From Nannocystis bainbridge (lineage in GTDB: Bacteria; Myxococcota_A; Polyangia; Nannocystales; Nannocystaceae): DNA of 64,000 bases. The DNA lies in contig NZ_JAQNDL010000001.1 of assembly GCF_028368995.1 (NCBI RefSeq), forward strand, positions 4,096,001 to 4,160,000, in the 5' to 3' direction. A program made the translations under genes and the position numbers. Positions within the stretch are counted from its first letter, which is position 1, and every line of letters starts with the position of its first letter. A model generated the notes under the pieces. That model made no database searches. It had not been told where the DNA came from and was given only the letters and a program-made list of their open reading frames with translations. Positions 9,376-18,065 of this stretch are shown piece by piece.

Positions 9376-10407
9376 GTGAAGCACCCGCGCATCCGCCACC
9401 CCCTGAACGAGCTGACCCAGTCGGCGGCCGAGCTCGGCTACCGCATGCCTGCCGAGTGGGAGCCGCTGTCGTCGATCTGGTTGGCGCGCCCGCACAACCC
9501 GACCACCTGGCCGGGCTGCCTGGCCGAGGCGCAGCAGCAGCACGCCGACTTCACCGCCGCCGTGCGCCGGTTCGTCCCCGTGCGCATGCTCGGCGAGTCG
9601 ATCGCGATCGTCACCGACGACGCGTGGATCCGCGACTACGGCCCGATCTTCGTCAAGCGCAAGTCCGACGGCGCGCTGGCCCTGCACGACTTCCACTTCA
9701 ACAATTGGGGCGGCAAGTACGGCGATTGTGCGAACGACGACGTCGTGCCGCAGAAGGTCGCGCTGATGCTCAGCCTGCCGCTGTGGATCCACGATTTCGT
9801 GCTCGAGGGCGGCAGCATCGAGGTCAACGGCGTCGGCACGGTCATGACCTCCGAGTCGTGCCTGTTCCACCCTGGCCGCAACGCCAGCCTCGGCCGCGCC
9901 GACATCGAGCGCGAGCTGCACGCCGCGCTCGGCACGACCCACGCGATCTGGCTGCCCGCCGGCATCGAGGGCGACGACACCGACGGCCACATCGACGACC
10001 TGGCTCGCTTCGTCAACGCCGACACGATCGCCGCCGTGCGCGCCCCGCAGGGCCACCCGGACCACGACGTGCTCGAGCGCAACTGGGAGGCCCTCACCCA
10101 GGCCCGCGACCAGAACGGCCAAAAGCTGCAGCTCGTCGAGCTCCCGGTGCCCCCGCCGATGTACTGGGACTTCCCCGCCGAGGACGACTGGCCCGGCGGC
10201 GTCCGCCAGATCCCCGCGAGCTACGCGAACTTCCTGTTCGCCAACCGCGCCGTCCTGGTCCCGACCTTCGACCAACCGACCGATTCGCAGGCGCTCAAGA
10301 TCTTCGAGCAGCTGTTCCCCGACCGCGTGATCGTGCCGGTGGCCGCGAAGTATTTGGTGGTGGGCCTCGGCTCGCTGCACTGCCTGAGCCAGCAGCAGCC
10401 GTTCTGA
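9376..10407 (+). CDS. aguA: Agmatine deiminase family protein
   Basis: RMPAEWEP, DAWIRDYGP, FNNWGGKY, LEGGSI, DDTDGHIDD, ASYANF, GSLHCLSQQ. Confidence 0.9.
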   Translation: MKHPRIRHPLNELTQSAAELGYRMPAEWEPLSSIWLARPHNPTTWPGCLAEAQQQHADFTAAVRRFVPVRMLGESIAIVTDDAWIRDYGPIFVKRKSDGALALHDFHFNNWGGKYGDCANDDVVPQKVALMLSLPLWIHDFVLEGGSIEVNGVGTVMTSESCLFHPGRNASLGRADIERELHAALGTTHAIWLPAGIEGDDTDGHIDDLARFVNADTIAAVRAPQGHPDHDVLERNWEALTQARDQNGQKLQLVELPVPPPMYWDFPAEDDWPGGVRQIPASYANFLFANRAVLVPTFDQPTDSQALKIFEQLFPDRVIVPVAAKYLVVGLGSLHCLSQQQPF

Positions 10408-10504
10408 AGGCCGCTGCTGTTTAGAAGAGGAGGACGCGCGCGCGCCATGTGCCGCGCGCCTCCAAAACCCAGCAGGGCGGCGGGTCGCCCGAGAGGAGCT
10501 GACA

Positions 10505-12250
10505 GTGATCAGTGACTTGTTGCTCAACTTCCGCCACCTCGAGGGGCTCCAGCTACGGAACCTCGCCGCGGTGAACATCATCGTCGGCCCGAACAACGTC
10601 GGCAAGACGACGCTTTTCCGCGGACTCCAGGCGTTTGCGCTCACCCGGAGTAACCCCCCTGGCTCGGCTGATGGTGCGAGTTTGAACCTCGATTCAGCCA
10701 TCCCCCCTGATCAAGCTTTTGTTCTCCGCTCTGCCCACTTCCCTGACCACATCAGACATTATCGGTCAGAGTTTCACGGCAAATCCGCTCTCCCCCGCTG
10801 GGTAGGAGACGACGGGAAGATTTATGAACAAGTCGAGGACGCGGCTCGAGGGCTTGGCGGGGTAGACAACGGCTTCCTTCGATTCGTTGACGCCACCGAG
10901 CTCGGGCCGATGATTCCGATCAATCTCTCCCAAGCCAAACGCGTCGCATCTCGGATATCGGGACTGCATCGGCATTGGCTATCTCGCTCCTATCATCTTT
11001 GGCACCGCCGCAAATCTCATTATGTCGAGATGTTGGGTTCGCACCACGAGCGCCTGGATTCGGAGGCGGAACATCTGGTGGCTCGACTCGACCATGTGCT
11101 GACGGGCCTCGATGGTGGCCGATTACGTACAGACATCGACCGTTTCATGAATGCCGTGGTTCCCCATATCGGAGAGATCGGAATCAATCGCACCCGTGGT
11201 GCCAATGGGACTGAGATTTCGGTCGCCTTTCATGACGGGAATGCGGTCCGAAGTCTCAATGAACTTGGTGGTGGCGTCGAACAAGTCCTCGCCCTCGCAC
11301 TCGTGCTGCTTGCGGAACCCGATGAAGGTGCCGTGTTCATCGAGGAGCCTGAGTCACACCTCCACGAGTCCGCGCAGCGACGGCTGATCCAGCAGATCAA
11401 GGACCACCGCGGCAAGCGCCAGGTCTTCATCGCCACCCACAGCCCGATCTTCGTCAACGAGTTCCCCGGCGCCAACGTCTATCGCCTCACGCGCGATCCA
11501 ACGACGAAGAAGACCACCGCACATCCCTGCCTCTCCAAGCCGCATCAACGGGAGATCCTCGACGAGCTTGGCGTGCTCCCCAGCAGCCTCACGCAGACCA
11601 ACTGTGTGCTCTGGGTCGAGGGCCCGACGGAGGTCCGGCTCGTCACCCACTGGCTCGGCCTCGTCGCTCCGGAGCTGCTCGTCAACCAGCATTACACCTT
11701 TGCCCAGACCGGCGGCTCGAACATCCTCAGCCTCGCCGCCGACATCGCTCCTGGCCACCTCGAAGACTGGCTGCAGGATATCCGCCGCATCTGTCGTCAC
11801 AACTACTTCATCTGCGACCGCGACGCCGGCATCGGCCAGGATCCCGCCAAGGACCCTGTTCGCAACATCGCCGCGCTCGTCGGCGAAGATCACTGGATCA
11901 CCCACGGCTACGAGATCGAGTGGTACCTCCCCGACGACGCGGTCACCCACCTCTGGGGCGCAGCCGCGGCCGAGCATGTCCGTCCGGCGCGTACGAGCGC
12001 CGACCTCCCCTTCTACAATCACCTGAAGGCTTCCAAGATTCGCGGTACGGCGACAGCGGACGAGCGCAAGACGGCTCATGCCGAACGCGTCATCAAAAAA
12101 CTCATCCCGGCCGAGACATGGTTCGCCGGCCCGACAGGCCAGGACCTGCAGGCTCAGCTCGTTAAGCTCGTCGCGTTCATCCGCCGCGCCAACCAGCTCG
12201 ATGCCCCTGCCGCCACGGCTTGCGCGACCTGCGAGCGCCCGTTCCCCTGA
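10505..12250 (+). CDS. OLD-family ATP-dependent nuclease (ABC ATPase + TOPRIM)
   Basis: Walker A GPNNVGKT, signature-like GGGVEQ, Walker B FIEEPESHLH, ATHSP, TOPRIM VEGPTE and DRD. GAGGAG RBS upstream. Confidence 0.85.
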   Translation: MISDLLLNFRHLEGLQLRNLAAVNIIVGPNNVGKTTLFRGLQAFALTRSNPPGSADGASLNLDSAIPPDQAFVLRSAHFPDHIRHYRSEFHGKSALPRWVGDDGKIYEQVEDAARGLGGVDNGFLRFVDATELGPMIPINLSQAKRVASRISGLHRHWLSRSYHLWHRRKSHYVEMLGSHHERLDSEAEHLVARLDHVLTGLDGGRLRTDIDRFMNAVVPHIGEIGINRTRGANGTEISVAFHDGNAVRSLNELGGGVEQVLALALVLLAEPDEGAVFIEEPESHLHESAQRRLIQQIKDHRGKRQVFIATHSPIFVNEFPGANVYRLTRDPTTKKTTAHPCLSKPHQREILDELGVLPSSLTQTNCVLWVEGPTEVRLVTHWLGLVAPELLVNQHYTFAQTGGSNILSLAADIAPGHLEDWLQDIRRICRHNYFICDRDAGIGQDPAKDPVRNIAALVGEDHWITHGYEIEWYLPDDAVTHLWGAAAAEHVRPARTSADLPFYNHLKASKIRGTATADERKTAHAERVIKKLIPAETWFAGPTGQDLQAQLVKLVAFIRRANQLDAPAATACATCERPFP

Positions 12251-12280
12251 AGTCATCCGACCCTCGAAGAAGCAAGCCTC

Positions 12281-12892
12281 ATGGGTCTCGACTACCGCTT
12301 CGAGTTCATCGCCCCGCGCAGCGGCGCCGACGCTCTGCTGACCGCGCTCGCCGACCACGTCGAGGACGCCTACGCCCGCCGCCTGCGCGCCTGCTTGCCG
12401 TGGTCACCCAACACCCCGCACCAGGTGAACGCCGGCGTTCACGGCCTCCCGCCTGCCTTCGACATCCCCAACCATTACGACCTCGTCGTCATGGTCCCCG
12501 TCGACCCCGACGTCCGGCGCTACTTCGAAAGCTACCATGAGCCGCTCGCGCGCCACGTCCGGGACGGCAAGGCCGGCATCGGCCTCGTGTACATGTCGCT
12601 GCATGCCGGCCCGCGCTACGTCGCCCTCAAACTTTCGGCCGCGAGCAGCGGCATGAGTCGACTGTTCGCCGGGTCCGGCAGCGTTCGTCGGATCATGACC
12701 TCGCTCGCCGCCGCCGCGCGGGTGCACGCCGCCTTCCTCGACACCGAGGACGGCGACCGCTGGGAGCTGCTGTTCCCGCGACCTTCAGCCCTGACGGCGT
12801 CCCTATCGGTCTCACGGCCCCCCGCCGACCCGGAGGACCCGGCAGACTTCGACGCCTACTGCGACCTCGCCCTCGATCTCGCCGGCCTCTGA
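12281..12892 (+). CDS. Hypothetical protein
   Basis: 203-aa ORF with GC3-biased codons, co-oriented 30 nt after the OLD nuclease. Confidence 0.7.
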   Translation: MGLDYRFEFIAPRSGADALLTALADHVEDAYARRLRACLPWSPNTPHQVNAGVHGLPPAFDIPNHYDLVVMVPVDPDVRRYFESYHEPLARHVRDGKAGIGLVYMSLHAGPRYVALKLSAASSGMSRLFAGSGSVRRIMTSLAAAARVHAAFLDTEDGDRWELLFPRPSALTASLSVSRPPADPEDPADFDAYCDLALDLAGL

Positions 12893-12901
12893 CGATTCCG
12901 C

Positions 12902-12939
12902 AAACATGCATCTCCAGACATGTCCCCATGGACATGTCC
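12902..12939. repeat. 14-bp-period CATG decamer array (3 units)
   Basis: AAACATGCAT-ctcc-AGACATGTCC-ccat-GGACATGTCC; CATG at 12905, 12919, 12933. Confidence 0.85.
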
Positions 12940-13041
12940 TTGGATGCTCCCGCTTCCCCGCGGAGCCCGCCGCGCCGGCGCCGTTGCCGGACTCGCTTCC
13001 AATTAAATATCTCATGGTGAGTCCACCGCATCGTATGGAGC

Positions 13042-13737
13042 ATGCTGCCGCTCGTGCTTGCCGCGGCTAGGCCGCCGGCCATGGTTCACGTCGCCATGTA
13101 CGACGCCTCGCGTGCCATCGATCTCAGCACGCTGCTCGAGCACGCCGACCACCTGGTGCGGCGGCTCGTCACCGGCCGCGGGCACTTGCGGCGGTGCGGC
13201 GGCGACGGCGTCGGCGCCATGTGGCCTGTCCTCGAGGACACCCAGGGTCGCCGCCTGCGCGTCACCCCGTGGTTGCCCATGGACAATTATTCGCCGCGCC
13301 TCGCCGGCCCGGGCGGTCGGCATCCTCGCGGCCTGCGCGACTTCTTCGGCCACGACGTCCTCCTCACCGGCGTGCTCGAGCGCGACGCTGACGGCGAGCT
13401 CGTGCTCGTCGCCAGGCGGGCTCAGGTCGTCCGCGAGCTGCACCTGCGGCGCCTCGACGCCGCCCAGCTCGCCGCGATCGCCGGCGTCGGCGGCGAGGGC
13501 ACCGTCGGTTACGGCGCGCTCGCCGGGGAGCTCATCATCGACGGCGGCGATCAGCTGCGGCTCGTCACTGCCGACCGCGGCGGCCCGTGCGAGGTCAGCT
13601 TCACCCTCGACGTCCTGCGCCGCGACGACCTCGTGCTCGGGCGCCCGATCCTCGTCCACGGCCTGATCCGCAAGGCCACCCCATGGCTCGGCGCCATCCG
13701 CCGCGCCGCCCTCGCCGTCGACGCTCCCGCTCTCTGA
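13042..13737 (+). CDS. Hypothetical protein (start uncertain)
   Basis: 231-aa ORF with typical codon bias; no recognisable motif. Confidence 0.6.
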   Translation: MLPLVLAAARPPAMVHVAMYDASRAIDLSTLLEHADHLVRRLVTGRGHLRRCGGDGVGAMWPVLEDTQGRRLRVTPWLPMDNYSPRLAGPGGRHPRGLRDFFGHDVLLTGVLERDADGELVLVARRAQVVRELHLRRLDAAQLAAIAGVGGEGTVGYGALAGELIIDGGDQLRLVTADRGGPCEVSFTLDVLRRDDLVLGRPILVHGLIRKATPWLGAIRRAALAVDAPAL

Positions 13738-13923
13738 AAGCGATCGCGCCCGGCTCGCTCGAGCCGCGGTGCTCGAGATCAAACGGTCGCATCCGCTCCG
13801 GTCGACAAATCAGGATCGCGCCGCCCTGGATCCCGCGCTGTTGGCCGGACCCGGACGATTTCGCGCCTCGCTCTCCTGGCAAATCCGCCTGCTCTCGCCG
13901 CCATCGGGCATGCTGGTGGCGAC

Positions 13924-14850
13924 ATGCCGGTCTCATTCGGCCGCTCCGTGCTCCTGCTCGCCGCGTTCGCCTCCTGCTCGCCGCGGCCGCACGCCTTCGA
14001 GGACAGCGCCGGCGACACCACGGGCTCGCCTGCCACAACGAGCACGAGCACGACCGGCATGCATCTCACTTCCACAAGCGCGGGCGAGCCCACGTCCGGC
14101 ACCTCAGGCGAAGGCACCTCGAGCACCTCCACCAGTGACGACCCCGTCTTCATCGCTCCGCCCGACCTCGGCGACGGCCCGCCGGAGTGCGACCCGTGGG
14201 TGCCCGCATGTCCCGAAGGACAGAAGTGCATGCCGTACTCCGGTGACGGCGACAGCGCCTGGGAGAGCTGGGGCTGCTTTGAAAAAGTCCCCGACCCCGA
14301 CCTGCTCGGCGAGCCGTGCACCAACTTCGGCGACGTCAGCGGCCTCGACTCCTGCGACGCGGGCCACATCTGCTGGGTCACCGAAGCAGAGCCTCCTGGC
14401 AGCACCTGCATCGCCATGTGCACCGGCTCCCCCGAAGCTCCGCAATGCGCCGATCCGCTGACCACCTGCAACATCGCCGCCGATTACGCCGTCATCCTCT
14501 GCCTGCCGATGTGCGACCCGCTGCTGCAAGACTGCAGGGGCACCGACCTGTGCATCCCGAAGTGGCCCTGGACCGAAGCGAGCGAATTCACCTGCGCTCT
14601 GGACGCCAGCGGCGACGAGGGTCAGGTCTTCGACCCGTGCGAGTACGGCAACGAATGTGATCTCGGCCTCCTCTGTCACCCTTCCGCTCTGGCCGACGAG
14701 TGCGACCCGCGGGCCACCGGTTGTTGCCTCCCTTTCTGCGACGTCACCCAGCCGAACAGTTGCCCCGGCGCGGGTCAGGAGTGCGTCTCCTGGTACGAAC
14801 CCGACGCTGCGCCGCCACTCGACGCCATCGGCACCTGCCGCCTGCCCTAG
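13924..14850 (+). CDS. Cys-rich myxobacterial lipoprotein with Thr/Ser stalk
   Basis: Signal peptide with Cys, Thr-rich linker, then repeated CDP..QDC..G.KC / C..G..C modules. Confidence 0.85.
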   Translation: MPVSFGRSVLLLAAFASCSPRPHAFEDSAGDTTGSPATTSTSTTGMHLTSTSAGEPTSGTSGEGTSSTSTSDDPVFIAPPDLGDGPPECDPWVPACPEGQKCMPYSGDGDSAWESWGCFEKVPDPDLLGEPCTNFGDVSGLDSCDAGHICWVTEAEPPGSTCIAMCTGSPEAPQCADPLTTCNIAADYAVILCLPMCDPLLQDCRGTDLCIPKWPWTEASEFTCALDASGDEGQVFDPCEYGNECDLGLLCHPSALADECDPRATGCCLPFCDVTQPNSCPGAGQECVSWYEPDAAPPLDAIGTCRLP

Positions 14851-14911
14851 CTCCGACCTCGCGCAGGCCCACTCCAGGACCCTTGCGCGAGCCTTCGCCC
14901 CGCCGCCTCGC

Positions 14912-14920
14912 TGCTACTCT
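14912..14920 (+). promoter_or_regulatory. Extended -10 box 7 nt before ATG (leaderless promoter candidate)
   Basis: TGCTACTCT-N7-ATG(14928); no SD. Confidence 0.5.
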
Positions 14921-14927
14921 TGCTGCG

Positions 14928-15827
14928 ATGTCGAGGCGCCCCTCTCGAAGCTTCGCGCTCGCGCTGCTCGGCCTGCACGCGTGCGGCACCGGCCCGGCCG
15001 GGCAGGTCGGCGAGGGCACCGGCTCCGTCATCCTCTCCGACTCGACCACGGCCGCCACCACCGGCTCGACCACCCATCTTTCCAGCACTGACCCGACCGA
15101 GGGCTCCTTCATCGCCCGCCCCGACGCCGCTGCCATCGTCGAGTGCGACCTCTTTTTGCAGGACTGTCTCGAAGGACAGAAGTGCACCGCCCTGAGCGGC
15201 GACGGCGACGGCCGCCTCGACACCTTCCGCTGCGTCCCCGTGGCCCGCGATCCCGACGCTCCGGGCCAGCCGTGCGCGACCGGCGAGCGCCCGCTCGACG
15301 GCCACGACTCCTGCGCCGCCGGATCGATCTGCCACGAGCAGGCCGCCGATCCCGCTGACCGCGTCTGCGTCTCGTTCTGCACCGGCAGCCCCGACGACCC
15401 CGGCTGTCCGCCGCAGGGCCTCTCTGCCTGCAGCACCGCCCATTGGTGCTCGATCTTCGCCTCAGGCCTCTCGGTCTGCCTGCCCGGCTGCGACCCGCTC
15501 CGCGACCCCTGCCCTGGCTCCCAGGTGTGCGCCCCGCTCGCGCTGGGCCTCGGCTTCATCTTCGAGTGCCTGCCCGACATCTCCGGCAGCACCGGCGCAT
15601 TCGCTGACGGCTGCAACGAGAGCAGCGAGTGCGACCCCGGCCTGCACTGCGACGAACCGAGCGCCGCGCTCGAGTGTGATCCAAAGGTCGCCGGCTGCTG
15701 CGTGCCCTGGTGCGACCTCACCAAGGCTTCGGCGTGCCCGGGCGCGGGTCAGACCTGCCAGCCGTTCTACGATGACGGCGAGGCCCCGGAATGCTTGCAC
15801 CTCGGCGTCTGCCGCCTGCCGTCGTGA
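14928..15827 (+). CDS. Cys-rich myxobacterial lipoprotein, tandem paralog of 13924..14850
   Basis: LHAC lipobox. The Cys spacing mirrors the upstream gene (ECD..GCC.P.CD.T...CPGAGQ.C). Confidence 0.85.
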   Translation: MSRRPSRSFALALLGLHACGTGPAGQVGEGTGSVILSDSTTAATTGSTTHLSSTDPTEGSFIARPDAAAIVECDLFLQDCLEGQKCTALSGDGDGRLDTFRCVPVARDPDAPGQPCATGERPLDGHDSCAAGSICHEQAADPADRVCVSFCTGSPDDPGCPPQGLSACSTAHWCSIFASGLSVCLPGCDPLRDPCPGSQVCAPLALGLGFIFECLPDISGSTGAFADGCNESSECDPGLHCDEPSAALECDPKVAGCCVPWCDLTKASACPGAGQTCQPFYDDGEAPECLHLGVCRLPS

Positions 15828-15845
15828 CGAAGAAACATCATGCTA

Positions 15846-15951
15846 CGACATGACCGAAAGGTCATATCGTATTATCAGAAATTCATATCACGTTCCGATG
15901 GACATGTTCCTTGGTTTATGTCCATCTGGACATGCCCCGAAGGGCATGTCC
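15846..15951. repeat. 14-bp-period CATG decamer arrays (2 + 4 units) between convergent genes
   Basis: Cores at 15849/15863 (ATGACC-GAAA-GGTCAT hairpin) and at 15903, 15917, 15931, 15945. The last pair GGACATGCCC-cgaa-GGGCATGTCC is a perfect inverted repeat. Confidence 0.9.
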
Positions 15952-15967
15952 AAACATTGCACGACTG

Positions 15968-17389
15968 CTACTGCGGCGACTTCGGCCACTCGGAATGAAC
16001 AAACACCCCGGGCGCGTCGACGCGCTCGTACGTGTGGCTGCCGAAGTAATCGCGCTGAGCCTGGATGAGCGAAGCGCTGCCGCGCGACTGCGTGAGCGTG
16101 TCGAACCACGCCAGCGACGCCGAGAGCCCGGGGATCGGCAGCCCCGCCGCCGCGGCCGCCGCGACCACGCGCCGCCAGCCGGGCAGGCGGCGGGCCACGT
16201 CGGCCACGAAGTCGGGCGCGAGCATCAGCAGCTCGGGCTTGTCGGTCTGCGTGAACGCGGCCCGGATCCGCTCGAGGAACACCGCGCGGATGATGCAGCC
16301 GCCGGTCCAGATCCGCGCGATCTCCCCCAGGTTGGTCCCGTAGTCGCGGGCCTCGCTGGCCGCCTGCAGCAGGGCGAAGCCCTGCGTGTAGCTGGCGATC
16401 TTGCTGGCGTACAGCGCGTCGCGCAGGTCGTCGGCCGACACGCCCTGGATCGCCCCGCGGACCGGCTGCAGCGCCGCCTCGGCGCGCGTGCGCAGGTCCT
16501 TCGCGGACGACAGCAGGCGCGCGTCGACGGCCGCGGCGATGGTCGGGATCGCTACCCCGTGCTCGGCCGCCGCCACCACCGTCCACTTGCCGGTGCCCTT
16601 CTGCCCCGCGCGGTCGAGCACCGCGTCGATCAGCAGCGCCCCCGCCGTCTGCGGGTCAGGCACGCGCAGGATGTCGGCGGTGATCTCGATCAGGTAGCTC
16701 TCGAGCTCGCCGCGGTTCCAGCCGGCGAACGTGTCGGCGACCTGTCCCCAGGGCCAGCCCAGGCCCGCGCGCATCAGCGCCGTGACCTCGGCGATCAGCT
16801 GCATGTCGCCGTACTCGATGCCGTTGTGGACCATCTTGACGAAGTGCCCGGCCGAGCCGCGCCCGCAGTAGGTCACGCACACGCCCGACGCGCTGCGGGC
16901 CGCGATCGCCTCGAGCGGCGGGCGCAGGCGCTCCCACGCGTAGCGGTCGCCGCCCGGCATGATCGACGGACCGAGCAGCGCGCCCTCCGAGCCGCCCGAC
17001 ACGCCCATGCCGACGAACCGCCACGGCCGCCCCTCCGCGCGCGCGACCCGGCGGTCGGTGTCGGCGTAGAGGCTGTTGCCGCCGTCGACGACGATGTCGC
17101 CGTCCTCGAGCAGCGGGTCGAGCTGGTCGAGCACCGCGTCGACCGCCGGCCCGGCGTTGACCATCAGCACGATCCGCCGCGGCCGCTCGAGCATCTTCAC
17201 CAGCTCGGCCACGTCCTCGGCGATGCGCAGGTGCGCCTCCGGGTGCGCCGCCGCCAGCGCGTGCGCGTGCTCGACGGTGCGTTGATAGCCCGCCACGCGC
17301 AGCCCGCGGCTGGCGAAGTTGCGGGCGAGGTTGCCGCCCATGACGCCGAGGCCGACCACGGCCAGATCGCACAGCCCTGTTTCACTCAT
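15968..17389 (-). CDS. gnd: 6-phosphogluconate dehydrogenase (decarboxylating, NADP)
   Basis: GLGVMGGNLARN, DGGNS, GVSGGSEGA, GHFVKMVHNGIEYGDMQ, GQKGTGKWT, QAQRDYFGSHTY. Confidence 0.96.
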   Translation of the reverse strand: MSETGLCDLAVVGLGVMGGNLARNFASRGLRVAGYQRTVEHAHALAAAHPEAHLRIAEDVAELVKMLERPRRIVLMVNAGPAVDAVLDQLDPLLEDGDIVVDGGNSLYADTDRRVARAEGRPWRFVGMGVSGGSEGALLGPSIMPGGDRYAWERLRPPLEAIAARSASGVCVTYCGRGSAGHFVKMVHNGIEYGDMQLIAEVTALMRAGLGWPWGQVADTFAGWNRGELESYLIEITADILRVPDPQTAGALLIDAVLDRAGQKGTGKWTVVAAAEHGVAIPTIAAAVDARLLSSAKDLRTRAEAALQPVRGAIQGVSADDLRDALYASKIASYTQGFALLQAASEARDYGTNLGEIARIWTGGCIIRAVFLERIRAAFTQTDKPELLMLAPDFVADVARRLPGWRRVVAAAAAAGLPIPGLSASLAWFDTLTQSRGSASLIQAQRDYFGSHTYERVDAPGVFVHSEWPKSPQ

Positions 17390-18065
17390 CGCTCTCACCC
17401 TCCGAATCGATGTCGGTCGCAATCACGAGGCTTGCGAGCGCCGTCGTCGGCAGCCCGTCCTCGCGCTGAATCACTCGCCGCAGCGCGGCCCGCTTGCCCG
17501 TCCCCGCGGCCATCATCACCGCGTGCGGCGTCGCCTGCAGCACCGGCAGCGTCAGGCTCATCCGTCGCGGCGGCGGCTTCGGGCTGTCCGCCACGAACAC
17601 CGCCGCCCCCGTCGCCTGCAGCGCCGCGTGCCCGGGGAACAGCGACGCCACGTGCCCGTCCTCGCCGAGCCCCAGCAGCGCCACGTCGAGCCCGCCCGCG
17701 AACTCGCGCGCGAACGCCCGCTCGAACCGCGCCACCGCCCGCGCCGGATCGTCGTCGTCGTCGGCCCACAGCGGCAGCGCCGAGGCCGGCGGCGGCAGCC
17801 CGAGCCGCAGGTAGCCCCCGCGGTTGCTGCCCTCGTCGCTGGCCGGCACGCAGCGCTCGTCGACCCACGTGAGCTGCACTCTCGACCATGTCCCTTTCGA
17901 CAGGTCCTCGAGGACATGTGGCAGCACCGCCAGCGCCGAGCCGCCGGGGATCGCCAGGCGGCACGCGCCGCGCTCGGCGTCGACGCGGGCGATCGCGCGG
18001 GCCAGGCGCTCCGCCGCGACCTCGGCCGGCCGCGGCGACCGCAAGATCTCGAGCTGCGGCGTCAT
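17382..18065 (-). CDS. pgl: 6-phosphogluconolactonase
   Basis: [42 protein letters not shown]. Overlaps both zwf and gnd. Confidence 0.92.
   Translation of the reverse strand: MTPQLEILRSPRPAEVAAERLARAIARVDAERGACRLAIPGGSALAVLPHVLEDLSKGTWSRVQLTWVDERCVPASDEGSNRGGYLRLGLPPPASALPLWADDDDDPARAVARFERAFAREFAGGLDVALLGLGEDGHVASLFPGHAALQATGAAVFVADSPKPPPRRMSLTLPVLQATPHAVMMAAGTGKRAALRRVIQREDGLPTTALASLVIATDIDSEGESDE
17884..17921. repeat. 14-bp-period decamer array embedded in the pgl CDS (3 units)
   Basis: Cores CATG 17887, CAGG 17901, CATG 17915, with a cluster of rare A/T-ending codons (CCA, CAT, AAA, ACA, AGA). Confidence 0.7.

Noticed and set aside
11972-11981. Isolated RRRCATGYYY-like decamers (e.g. 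11972; also GGACCTGTCC at 30788)
   Set aside because: No partner at 14 bp. Single copies are expected by chance around Met/His codons.
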